64,000 bases of DNA, taken from assembly GCA_012026655.1 (NCBI GenBank), contig JAAILG010001132.1, positions 1 to 64,000 of the forward strand, written 5' to 3'. The notes under the pieces are model-generated. The model was not told the origin of the DNA and made no database searches. It worked only from the letters and a program-made list of their open reading frames with translations. How positions within the stretch are numbered: the first letter of the stretch is position 1; the number at the start of each line of letters is the position of its first letter. Source of the stretch: Hydrolagus affinis (lineage: Eukaryota). Positions 36,890 to 47,830 of the stretch are shown piece by piece. Made by a program: the position numbers and the translations under genes.

Positions 36890-37567
36890 AATGATGATGG
36901 TGGTATTAATTGCTAATTATCACAGGGTTGGACATAAGTGATCACTGGCCTCGAGTATAATTTGCGACCATATGATAATTCTCCCCTTGAATTTTGCATC
37001 TCATAAAGAACAAAGGAACAAAACAGATGGAAATAATATATTTTACTATATATTTTTTTCAGCTAAGTAACTCAAAAGCATGGATAAATGGCTGCTAGGC
37101 AAATGACAGCAATAAATGAATGTGTGCCTACAGAATATATAGTCATTGTGCCCCAAATATGTAGTCATGGAAATAATTTTTTGACTCTGTCACCGAATTG
37201 TAACTACAGTATATATAAGTGCATCAACAAAGTCCCAATAAACCAGCCATCCGTAGCTTAGTAACAAATGTCACCCTATAGGACAACACTGAGCAGTTAC
37301 TGGCTACTTTGGTTGTGTTTGAACCCAGGGTATTTCCGACAGGTAATCATTAACAATGTCACCCAGTGCAATATCCTGTGGTTATTGATTTAAGATTAAT
37401 AAGGTGGTGAGTGGTTTAAAGGCTGCAAAGCGGGAAACTGCAGCTGAGCAGATCCTGTGGGACGTTGATCGGTAATTTCCAAAGTGGAGAGTGTGTGCTG
37501 TGCTGCGCTGTGCTGCGGGCGATGGAGCCAGAGTTTCTCTAAAAGTGTCTGCCGCCTCCTTCTTTAG

Positions 37568-37696
37568 TTTTCAAAGGACAGGTACATCATGGATTCAACG
37601 CCAGAGAAGCTGAAGAAAGAATTGGAGGAAGAGTTAAAGTCCAGCGGTGATGAGCCGCCGAGCCACGCCTGGTATCACGGACGAATCCCTGGACAG
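37568..37696 (+). CDS. BCAR3: BCAR3 exon (FSKDRYIMDSTPEKLKKELEEEL...SHAWYHGRIPGQ), start of SH2
   Basis: Acceptor ccttctttag and donor CAG|gtaggc; 129 nt, phase 0/0. Near-identical to human FSKERHIMDRTPEKLKKELEEEL. Confidence 0.97.
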
Positions 37697-38385
37697 GTAG
37701 GCGCTCTCACCCAGCACCGACTGACCATCCCACAGTCACATTCACCTCCTCATTCACGTCGGCTGTTACAACGTTCCGACTCAAATCATTGCTCTGGGCA
37801 CTGCTGAAATCAGGCAGGAATCCAGAACAGCTCTCCTTGTAGCAGCTGCCTTGGGAGTTCCTATACGGGCTTGGGTTAGCCACGACTGTAAAGATTGCTG
37901 GATCGCTTTACACAGGAGATGAGGTAATCCTCCCAGGAGACAAACCCCTCAACCCCCTCCCTCTTGCATCTTAATCATCCTTATCTTAAATTAAAAACAT
38001 GATTACGTTAAATAGCCACCCCCCCCCCCACCATCTCTCCCAGAATCTACCTGGAATTGTGGTTACCAATGAAACGCTTAAGCTTTAAAATGTCAAACAC
38101 GTGATCCCTCTTACCGTGTGTAGTGGAGGCTGAACAGAGCCTGATCACTCACAGTGTCCACCTAATTGCTCCCTGATTCCCGATTGCCGACCACATTAAT
38201 AAATTCAATGTCCATAAATTACGTGGATTATAATAATAATACTTACGATGTGATTATAGCCTTGCGATGTCTCAAAGCGCTTCACAGAATAGACTGTGAA
38301 ATGAATTGACTTGTAAGGCAGGGAAAACAAATAACAGCACAATTCTGACTTTTTTTTTCTTCTTAGCTGACCTTTATCACTGATT

Positions 38386-38445
38386 GAACGTAGGAACAGG
38401 AGTGGGCCATTCAGCCCCCCGAGCCTGTTCTGCCATTCTGTTCGA
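38386..38445 (-). mobile_element. CR1-type LINE 3' tail fragment (shark HER1/HE1-like)
   Basis: The reverse complement gaatggcagaacaggctcggggggctgaatggcccactcctgttcctacgtt matches the motif at 30139-30185 (+) and, more loosely, at about 49160-49195 (-). Confidence 0.6.
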
Positions 38446-38628
38446 TCTGTAGCTCAGCTCCCAATTATTAATGGAAAATCGTGGTTTCTCTCCCCTTACA
38501 TTTTAACATTCCGCAGTGCTTTAAGCTTGGTCGTGTTCTAAACTGCTGTGATACGAGAGCTTTGTCATCGTTATTATTAGTGTCACAAATTCCACAATGT
38601 CCCAACAATCGCACTCTCATATTTCTAG

Positions 38629-39077
38629 GTGGCAGAGAACCTTATCCAGAGAGATGGAGACTTCCTGATCCGCGACTCTTTCTCCAGCCCTGGAAACTTT
38701 GTGCTGACTTGCCAGTGGAAAAACATTCCTCACCATTTTAAAATCAACAAAGTCATCGTCAGACTGAACGAAGGTTACTCCCGAGTGCAATATCAGTTTG
38801 AGCGAGAGAGCTTTGACACTATCCCAGCGCTAGTGCGTAGCTACGTGGGGAATCGCAGAGCCCTGACGGAGCACACCGGAGCCATCATTTTTCAGCCCAT
38901 CAACCGGACTTTTCCACTGAGATGCATTGAGGAGAAACATGGAATGTCTGCTTGCGTCAGGCAGCATCAGCAAGTCTATTCATCAGAGGGAAAGCCGGAC
39001 ACGACCAAGAGACTGAGCTTGAACATGTCAAACCAGCCATCCCAGGAACGCAGTTTAGCAACTGGAAGTCTCTTAAG
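38629..39077 (+). CDS. BCAR3: BCAR3 SH2 domain exon (VAENLIQRDGDFLIRDS...GSLLR)
   Basis: GDFLIRDS phosphotyrosine-pocket motif, GNFVLTCQWKN and GAIIFQPINRT. Acceptor tttctag, donor AAG|gtaggt (phase 2). Confidence 0.98.
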
Positions 39078-39885
39078 GTAGGTTTCTCATAAGAAATAGT
39101 TCAACCAGCACAATAGATCACAGACAACATTCCATTTTAAAGGTACTTTTTTTTGACAGCAGCTTGAGGTACAGTAAAAAAAAACACTAGTTTGCCTGTA
39201 GCTTTCAAATAAAAAAACCCTGAGCCATTCGCATATTTACAGCCTCACAGCTGTTGTGGGCTGGGAACGGGTAAACTCAAAACCATTATTAATATGCTTT
39301 TTGATAGGTTCGGAGTGTGTTCCACTCTCTTTCCAGCATCTGCCAAGATTAGAGTACTTACTGTATACTATTTAGACAGTAAAACTGTGCTCTAACCCTT
39401 TAAAGCTGCCTTCTCATGTACTTGTGGCTAATTTGGCTTTGCCCTCTAAATGGCTCCAAAACCTAGCTGACGTAATGAACTCTAACCAGTTAAAAGGAAG
39501 CCACACATTGTTAATTATTGATTCCGAGCTTTTTTCCAGCTTTGCTGCATATCCATACGACCTTCGACTTTTAAGGATTAATGGTCTTGTAGTAGTTTTC
39601 AAGTGAGGTTACGGTGGCAGGTTAAATTGATTTTGTTTTTTCTACAGCCATGTTTATTTTCCATGTCATTTAAAATCCTTCCTCCGAATTCCTCAAGCCC
39701 CATCACCACTAGTCAGTGGATTTGTGTTTTAATACCCAGATTGAATGATTCAACTGCTTACATTGTAACAGCGAGGGCTGGGCAAGAACTATTTTACCAG
39801 AAGTGCTTTAAAACCAGGTTTTAAAGCACTTCTGAAGGCAAAAACCATCAAGCGTTTGAATCTTTCGTCATTACTGTTACTGTAG

Positions 39886-39986
39886 AAATAAAGACAAGAG
39901 TGGCAGCCAACCTGCGAGCCTCGACTATGTTCCAGATAAACGACGACCTTTGAAATCGCATCAGTCTGAAAGTTACCTTCCTCTGG
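39886..39986 (+). CDS. BCAR3: BCAR3 exon (R-NKDKSGSQPASLDYVPDKRRPLKSHQSESYLPL-G), absent from the ORF track
   Basis: Acceptor tactgtag and donor TGG|gtgagt; phases 2 to 1. Matches human NKEKSGSQPACLD...HQSESYLPIG. Confidence 0.95.
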
Positions 39987-40394
39987 GTGAGTGTTGCATT
40001 AGTCATAGCTTAGTTGGCACGTTCTATGTGAGATGTAAAGAACTTTTCAAAGGGTTTATTGAAGAGATGTATCGAGTTTAGATATTACGTTCAAATTTTA
40101 TTATGGAGCACTTACTAAAATTTCTTGCTGGAAACTTTAATGTAGGAATTTTTTAACTTAAAAAAAAGTCGAATTTTTTTTGGAACTTCCCTTTTGAAAC
40201 TCCACACTCCCTCCCTCCCTCCCTCCCTCCCTCCCTCCCACTCTAATAATCTTGAAGTTCTGAGTTTCATATTACATCTCCACGATTGATCTAAAACCAA
40301 AAGACTTAATACAGTACTTAACAAATGACTTGACTGAAGTTTTTTTTTATTGAATGATATCCTCTATCACTTACTTGTCTGGCATTATTCACAG

Positions 40395-41074
40395 GGTCAA
40401 AAGCTCAGCACCAGCATCAGCAGCCACCAAAGCAACAGCAAAAGCCAAGCATGGAAGGAAATGCTCACACCAAATCAACAGTGTTCAGGACCGGCAGCGA
40501 GCCCACGCTTAGCCCAACAATTGTCCGAAGGCTCACTTTGGAAACACAGGCTGGGGAAGCACTTAGAGGTTCTGACAGCCAACTCTGCCCTAAGCCACCA
40601 CCGAAACCCAGCAAAGTACCCTCTTTGAGAATGCCACACTCGCCTCTGTTAGTCAACGATCCCCAGAGAGACAATTGCTGTGAACCAGTGCCTAACACTC
40701 CCATGGATGGGCCAAAGACAGCCCAGGATTTTGGCCAACACAACGGTTATGTACAAAGACTAAAAACTGAAGAGCCAGTAAAACCCCTCTTTCAAAAATC
40801 AGACTCTATCCTCAGCATGTCTGACGGGAGCTCGCCCCAGTCCACGATTCCTGCTGAGGATGAAAACCGGGAGGAGGAGGAGAAGGAAGTTATTGTGTTC
40901 CTCAGACCAGTGTTGGAAACGGTTTCCTGTTTTAAACCTAATGACTTTAACTCAAAGATGCTTCCTCCTGACAACAAGCCCCTGGAAACATCAGTGATCA
41001 AGCACGTCAAAGAACTGTTTGCCAACGTTGACCCCAAAACTATTGCAAAGCACATCCTTAAAGTGGATAGCCAG
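40395..41074 (+). CDS. BCAR3: BCAR3 Pro/Ser-rich linker and start of the Cdc25-like domain
   Basis: VFRTGSEPTLSP, GEALRGSDSQLCPKPPPKP and PPDNKPLET. Acceptor attcacag (phase 1), donor CAG|gtacga (phase 0). Confidence 0.97.
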
Positions 41075-41689
41075 GTACGAACTGTTTGATCGAATTAGTT
41101 GTCTTCTGGTACTACACCTTGCTCAAGGGGCATTTAAAAATATATATATATATTGGATGGTGAGCATCAGCAGGCCTTGGAAGCATCTCTTTGACACAGA
41201 TCCATAAGGTCCTGTCTTACTCTAGAATTAACGTAACGATAAGATTATTTCAAGCACATTACAATCTTGTCCAGCAGCTACTATTGAATGCAGAGCCTTA
41301 TGCTGTTACAGTATTACTGTAGTCACAAATAAAATAAAGGCTTACATTTACCCATATATCATGCCTTTTTTTTGTAAAAAAAATGGTCTTGAACAAGATG
41401 AATTAGAAGTGAATGTTCTACAGGCAAGTATAGGTTTGTAGCGTGGATTAGAGCAAAAGATCCTGAGTGTAGCTAGACCCACTGAAACAATTGTTGGTAC
41501 AGTACTCCTACTCTGTGCAGTCGCGTATCGGTAAGTGTGCTCACCTCACAAGCGAGAGGACCCAGGTTCTTCAACAAGAATCAAGAAACTCGAGCCAATT
41601 TTTCTTCTGATATTCTCCTCTCATTCTTTACTAAAAGGCACTTGATTTATTTTTGCTATCGGGATACAATTCCCTTGGTTAATGGGTTG

Positions 41690-41990
41690 TCCGATACCTC
41701 TCCCAAGTCCCAGTGACCATTATCTTCTGTGTAGAAGCCTCGACAGTTGAGTGTCGGCAGGTGATTCAACTGCAGGAGGTCAACCCAAGGCAAGAATACT
41801 CGTGCCCCCCCTCATGTCACATCTGCTATTGGGGGCCTTGCCAAGTAGAAAGTTTTTTTTCACTCCCCAATCAGCAGCTTTCAGACCAATTGTAAAACCT
41901 CAACCACTGTGCTGGCCGAGATCAATTAACAGCACAGAACAGGATTTGAACCTGCGACCTTCCAAGTCTGTCTAATTCAGCACCAACCCA
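41690..41990 (-). mobile_element. Ancient SINE relic, AmnSINE2-like
   Basis: gatacctctcccaagt..., gacagttgagtgtcggcagg, ccaattgtaaaacc and gagatcaattaacagcacagaacaggatttgaacctgcgaccttcc (B box in reverse), colinear with the recalled consensus and with 12460-12700. Confidence 0.55.
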
Positions 41991-42116
41991 GACGGCCATC
42001 AAGTAAAGCTAATTAATTAATGTTTGAATGTGAAGGGACTGAAATGTTTTCAATAAGCTAAGCCAAAAACAATGTCCTGGCTGCTCATAATAAATTGGGA
42101 CTTTTGATCTTCCCAG

Positions 42117-42232
42117 GTTGCTAGGATACTTGACGTTTCTGAAGAAATGGAGGCAAAGATGGGAGTGAACTCAGGTCTGGAACTTATTACACTGTCTCAT
42201 GGGCATCAACTACGTCTGGATTTAATAGAAAG
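42117..42232 (+). CDS. BCAR3: BCAR3 exon (VARILDVSEEMEAKMGVNSGLELITLSHGHQLRLDLIER)
   Basis: Acceptor cttcccag and donor AAG|gtaaac. Matches human VARILGVSEEM...GLELITLPHGHQLRLDIIER. Confidence 0.97.
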
Positions 42233-43140
42233 GTAAACAGTATGATTGCACTGTTTATACAGTAAACTATAACAGCATTCGGTTTCCTAAAGGCTGCAAC
42301 GAAAAGATACACCAACATAGCAAACAGATTCCAGTGCGCAATAATTAGAAATCGCCTGAGCAGCTGATTAAAGTTAGACAAAATGCTTCTTGCTCTACAC
42401 CAAAGCCGGCGGATACCTCGGGCAAACCATTGTACAGCTCAGAGCTCTGTCAGAACAGACAATCAATGGCAAGTTGTGCAAAGGGAGGGCGATACAGAGA
42501 TGCTGTCGTTGTGGACAATGTTGATTAGCCAGTGATTAGTAAGGATGAGCGCTGCCTCTTTTACAATAATAATCCTTGCATTTGATATAGCGCTTTTCAC
42601 GTCTTCTAGACGTCACAAAGCACTTCACAGAATACACTGTAAAGTAAATTGATTGTACAGAATGTATATATGTGGGCGATTTTTACTGAGTTGACTTTTA
42701 CTGAGTGAATTTAGGGGTGTCTGGTTCGGGTCAAATTAAAACTGTAATTGAGATGCTGGAAGATAACATTTAATAACAATAAGAAGAAGAATAATCCACG
42801 CATTTGATATAGCGCTTTTCACACCTTCTAGACATCTTGACGCGCTTCACAGAATATACTGTGAAGTGAATTGACTGTATATTTGTGGGCGAAACGCAGC
42901 AGCACAGTAGTGCCCCCACAAACAGTTGTGGAATGAAATGTCCAATTTTATTATTGTGGTTTGTTTTCGAGGGATTTAAAAGGATGATGGCCAGCTATGA
43001 ACCTATATGTTAAATCGAAGGCAGATTTTGCTTCAGGAATGGCCACACGTGAGACCACATTCAGTCAAAGCCTAGGGCTTGCAAATTTCATGGGAGGTTT
43101 TTTTTTGTTAAAAAAAAGAAATTTTCCTGCATTTTCTCAG

Positions 43141-43312
43141 GCACAATACGCTGGCTATTGCGATTGCAGTGGATATCCTCGGCTGCACAGGAAGTTTAGC
43201 AGAAAGAGCTGAAGTGTTAAACAAGTTCATCCAACTCGCACTGGAACTGAAAAATTCCATGGGAGATCTGTACGCCTTCTCGGCTGTAATGAAAGCCTTA
43301 GACATGCCACAG
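43141..43312 (+). CDS. BCAR3: BCAR3 exon (HNTLAIAIAVDILGCTG...SMGDLYAFSAVMKALDMPQ)
   Basis: Acceptor attttctcag and donor CAG|gtaata; phases 2 to 0. Confidence 0.97.
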
Positions 43313-43379
43313 GTAATATTACTTTACTTTTACCGTATACAGTAAAACTGGATCGAGTCTCATCTTTATGAATCATATA

Positions 43380-43696
43380 TAATAATAATACTTGCATTTG
43401 ATAGAGCGCTTTTCACGCCTTCTAGACATCTCAAAGCACTTCACAGAATGTACTGTAAAGTGAATTGACTGTATATTTGTGGGCAAAATGTGGCAACCAA
43501 CTGCGCACAGCAGTGTTCCCCCAAACAGTCGTGGATTGAAATGGCAAATTGTACTACAGTATTGGTGTGTTTTTTTGGATGGATTATTATTAGGCGTGTA
43601 GAGTAAGGAAACTTACCCAAGGTTTCGCCCTGACCTGCCTGGATTCGAACACAAGTCTGACGCTTGTAGTGCTTTAACCACTGAGCTACAGGACTT
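43380..43696 (-). mobile_element. tRNA-derived SINE, full length
   Basis: A and B boxes and the shared tail. Truncated copies also lie at about 42562-42680, 42780-42975 and 45145-45290. Confidence 0.9.
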
Positions 43697-44247
43697 CGAG
43701 TCCTATAATCACCAAAGTCGTATATTCAGAATTAGTCCTAGTAGTTTATTAAAGTTAGTTGAAATGCTTCTTCCTCTACATTGAACCCAGTCAATTTTAG
43801 CTTTCATACCGAGGTAGGTGAAACCATTATGAGGCTCAGAGCTCCATCAGATCAAACTGTCAACAGGATATTTGTAAATCGGATGAATGCATGATTGAAA
43901 CTAGCCACAGCAATAGAGTGAACCAGTAACGTGTTGTCATTTTACAGTGTTAGTAAATCAGAGCCCTCGCATTCAGTGTAATCATGGTTTCTCATGTGAA
44001 AACAGGCATTTCCTGTGATTCACTACGTTGCTTGCAGAATATTACAACAGTAGGGTGATCCATATGAGAGAATTATTAATTATTCTATTATATCTGCTAA
44101 GCAAAGTGATCTTAAGAAATGAATATTTAAATAAAAGAGCAGGAACATTGAGTCTAATACTTCTCAACAAGTGCCTGTACCCTCGGCTGAGTATTATTAC
44201 AATGGGGATCTTTTCATTGCCTATCTTCACTTCTTGTTGCCCACCAG

Positions 44248-44359
44248 GTTGCACGTTTAGAACAAACCTGGACCACACTGAGGCACAAATACACCCAAAA
44301 CGCTATCCTCTATGAGAAGACTCTCAAACCATTCATAAAAGCTCTAAACGAGGGAAAAG
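44248..44359 (+). CDS. BCAR3: BCAR3 exon (VARLEQTWTTLRHKYTQNAILYEKTLKPFIKALNEGK)
   Basis: Acceptor cccaccag and donor AAG|gtgggt; phases 0 to 1. Confidence 0.97.
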
Positions 44360-44803
44360 GTGGGTATTTTGCAACATATGTCTGCTGCATATATTTGTGA
44401 TGGCTCATGATGAAACTGGCTTGAGCGGTGTTGACTCAAGGTCATGTCTCAGAGGTGTGAACAGAACGCACTCAGACTGCTGTCAGGTTAAATTCCTGCC
44501 TTTAGATTGGTTCAATGGAAGTTTCACCTTCCACACAACCCTCCCCTGCATAACTCTAGCACACATTTTATGGTCAGGCTTTTAAAATTAGTGTTAGTCT
44601 CGCTCAAAATACATATCAGTATTGCACTGCCTGATTTTCCAATCAACAAAAAAAAAGCTCAATGAATGGTTGCACAAGTTACTGAATAAACGAATGTGAG
44701 GAAAACATTGCGAGTTTTTTTGCTTTAAAAATGCTTTGTGTGTGATAATGTAGGATGCTGCGGTCGATATTTCAAGACTTGACACTTCTCTTTATGCTTC
44801 CAG

Positions 44804-45010
44804 AGGAAATTCCACTCAGCAACACAACAGTCCCGCTTATCCTGCCCCTAATCACCCTGATGGAACGTCAGACTGTCAACTCCGAAAACGTCGAATTGTG
44901 GGAAAATAATGATCAGAGCTGCGAAATAATGCTCAAACATCTGGAGAATGCTCGCTCCATCACACAGAATGCTGCTATACACAAAGCCAACACGGAAAAG
45001 ATTCTGGAAG
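44804..45010 (+). CDS. BCAR3: BCAR3 exon (EEIPLSNTTVPLILPLITLMERQ...CEIMLKHLENAR...EKILE)
   Basis: Acceptor gcttccag and donor AAG|gtaagc. Keeps the HL..AR helix used by NSP proteins to bind Cas proteins. Confidence 0.97.
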
Positions 45011-45680
45011 GTAAGCACTTTATTTATAATAACCATACTTACATTTTGGTATAACGGCAACAAAACAAAATTACATTTTATAGAACGTCTTTCATGTTGG
45101 GAGGACGTCCCAAGGCACTGAGGTCTTCTCACGTCAGGAGGACAAAATAATAATCCTTGCATTTGATATAGCGCTTTTCACATCTTATCGATGTCTCAAA
45201 GCGCTTCACAGAATATACTGTAAAGTGAATTGACTGTAAATTTGTGGGCGAAATTGGCGTCAGTCAATTGCACACAGCAGCGTCCTACAAAGTAAAGTGC
45301 ACTGATTGTTTTTTGGGTGAAGAAAATGTTTTGTGAAGGTATAAAGGACAACCAAGACAATTGCTATTTGGTACACAGTGGTGTATCTTAGCTGTGTTTC
45401 CTGATTGAAACCACACTGCCAAAATCTGCAGCTCGCACAGGTGTGAACTTCCTTCCACTCTTTCTCCTCCCTCCCTGCGAGACGCTGTTCGGCACTAGTT
45501 ATTAAACCAGTCCATATCACAGTGAAGCTTCTCGTTTGAAACCACTCTCACAGATTGTTTTACAGCCAGAACAGAAATGAAATGGTATTTCCCATGGAGA
45601 ACTGAAAGACTGGAGGGTGGTGATGGGTGTGGGTGGGGTTTCGTTATGTACTCCATTCACTCTTGTTTTTTTGTCCTTAG

Positions 45681-45856
45681 ATTTCCAATCAGATGAAGAA
45701 ATGCTCGAAGCATTTAAGACTGAATTTGCAATGAGGCTGTTGTGGGGAAGCAAAGGAGCACAAGTCAACCAAAGGGAACGATATGAAAAATTTATAATGA
45801 TCCTAACAGCTTTATCGCGGAAACTCGAACCACCGATCAGTCATTCAGCCAAGTAG
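45681..45856 (+). CDS. BCAR3: BCAR3 last coding exon (DFQSDEEM...KTEFAMRLLWGSKGAQVNQRERYEKF...LSRKLEPPISHSAK*)
   Basis: Acceptor ttttgtccttag, the NSP-family RLLWGSKGA motif and TAG at 45854-45856. The 13 long-isoform exons sum to 2721 nt (906 aa plus stop). Confidence 0.98.
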
Positions 45857-46366
45857 AAACAACCGAAAGGCCAACAGACATCAAAAAATAGTGTGTCAGA
45901 ACACAACCCATGATAAACATTGCCTAATATACTTGCTCATAATTGAAATAGCATCACTGCTTCCAACTATCAGTGTTCTAACTATCACCCCATCTGCTAT
46001 TGTATTTCATCGCCAACCTCTTGTTCAAGTTTAACTTTCAGGCAATTCTACAAGATATTGTGAAGCTGAGATATGAAGCAGGTATTCAGTCAAAACTAAG
46101 TGTGTTGAACTCTACAGCTGTGCTCACATACTAGTTTAACCAGAAGGTGCTAGATGTCCCAGTGAATATAAATGGATTGGTGAAGTTTGTATCAATGTTG
46201 GACGCTGTAAATAGTAACAGTAACATTTGGTGTGTCTTCTGCCGGAAAGCTTCATTCACTTAATATATTTTCTTACTGTAAAATCAAGGAGAACATGTAA
46301 ATACAATACTGTAAAAAAATTTACATATTTTATGCATTAGTGTCCGATGTTGTATTAATGTGATCT

Positions 46367-46372
46367 AATAAA
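46367..46372 (+). terminator. Candidate BCAR3 polyadenylation signal
   Basis: AATAAA about 510 nt after the stop, followed by GT-rich gttacttgtggtg. A second AATAAA lies at 46438-46443. Confidence 0.55.
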
Positions 46373-47399
46373 ATCACGGGACTCAGTTACTTGTGGTGCT
46401 TATCCAAGTTTTACAATCAGTGTGAATCTCCTACAAAAATAAAGATGGCCTTGCCTACTTGGTTCTCGCCAATTGATCTGTCATTACGTTTGATCTCCTA
46501 GTCTCAATCTGTCAAACTTTTTTTGAAAAAAAATGGAGTATTCCAAGCCTCCTGAATCATTTGCTTTTCAGCAAATGTTCAGCCAAATTTTGATCAATCC
46601 TCAATTTGAATTTGAAATTCACTGGGTGCGTACGGTACTTAAGATTAGTTAGTTTAGTCAGAGAGGTATCGTGAAAGTAATGGAGTGCTGATGCTGGATT
46701 TTTCCAGTGGCTTTGGGGAGGAAAATGGAGAATCAACATACTTAATTTCCCTCCTCAAAATACCTCCTCCTTCCGAAACAATAATGTTATGGCAAAATAC
46801 ACACTAATGAGGAACTACATTCCCCCAGTTAATTAAAGGTGCAAAGAGATACATCCTGGAGCTTCGCTTAAGTCAGTTTCAATCCCGATACGCAACTATT
46901 TTTAGGCATTTGTCAAATCAATGACAAGTCCCTAAGAAGCAATTATTTTTGCACCAGAACATCAGCAATTTGCCTACACTGAAAGGAATCTGGGATCAGT
47001 CGGGTTTTACACTGAGAAGTGCCTTGGAAAATCAGCAAATCTCACAAGTCTCATCAAAGGTGTATCCATTTCCTCCATTATTGAGGTCAGCTCTGAGAGA
47101 TTGATTGAGCAGCTCAGAATTCCGAGTAGCGTCTTCCAACCTGGTACGGCTCACATTCCCACCGTTGTATTGGCACTGACTGTTTTTTGTACTTTTAAGT
47201 TCCAAGTAAACCAGAAAAATCTTGTCACGCACAATCAAACATAAAAGGCTAGAAGTCCTTTCACTTGTATCTCTGCCTGCAAAGTGGTTAAAAATCAAAC
47301 TTAAATCTTCAATAAAAAGTTTGGTTTTAAAAAACATAAATCAATAAGAACCATCATTTAGCAGTTTGGAGCTCACTTTAACAACTCACGCAAACTTGT

Positions 47400-47830
47400 A
47401 TTTTCCCAACCAATGGTGTTTCGACAGTGGCCCACCCTACATCTGACCAGCAGTCGGTGGCTAACTGAACCTTTTCCATCTCTGCGTTAATTTCCCTCAG
47501 CTCAGCGGACTCCAGCCTGCTCCTTGTCCCCTGACCCCACCATCGGTGGGCGAGCCTTCAGCCACTCTGCCCCCAACCTTTGAAATTCCATCCCGCAATC
47601 CCACCTCCTTGTCCTCCCCATCCTTGGCTTCCTTCAAATCCCGCTTCATGACCCTCCTCTTCGACCATGTCATCGGTCACCTCACTTCACCCCCACCCCA
47701 CCCCACCCCCCCCTTACACTCCCTAATGCTGACCCCGGCTCGGATCGGAAACACTGACAGTCCAGTGCCTTGGGACATCCTCCCGACATGAAAGACGCTA
47801 GACAAAGGTGATTTTATTGTTGTTGTTGAT
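47400..47830 (+). mobile_element. L2 LINE 3' end, intergenic
   Basis: atcggtgggcgagccttcagccactctgcccc (IGGRAFSHSAP), ccttcaaatcccgcttcatgaccctcctcttcgac, and tail gccttgggacatcctcccgacatgaaagacgcta...ttgttgttgttg. Confidence 0.8.

Noticed and set aside
47032-47337. 101-aa minus-strand intergenic ORF
   Set aside because: No recognisable domain and no convincing splice link to FNBP1L. It may be chance or a decayed retroelement.
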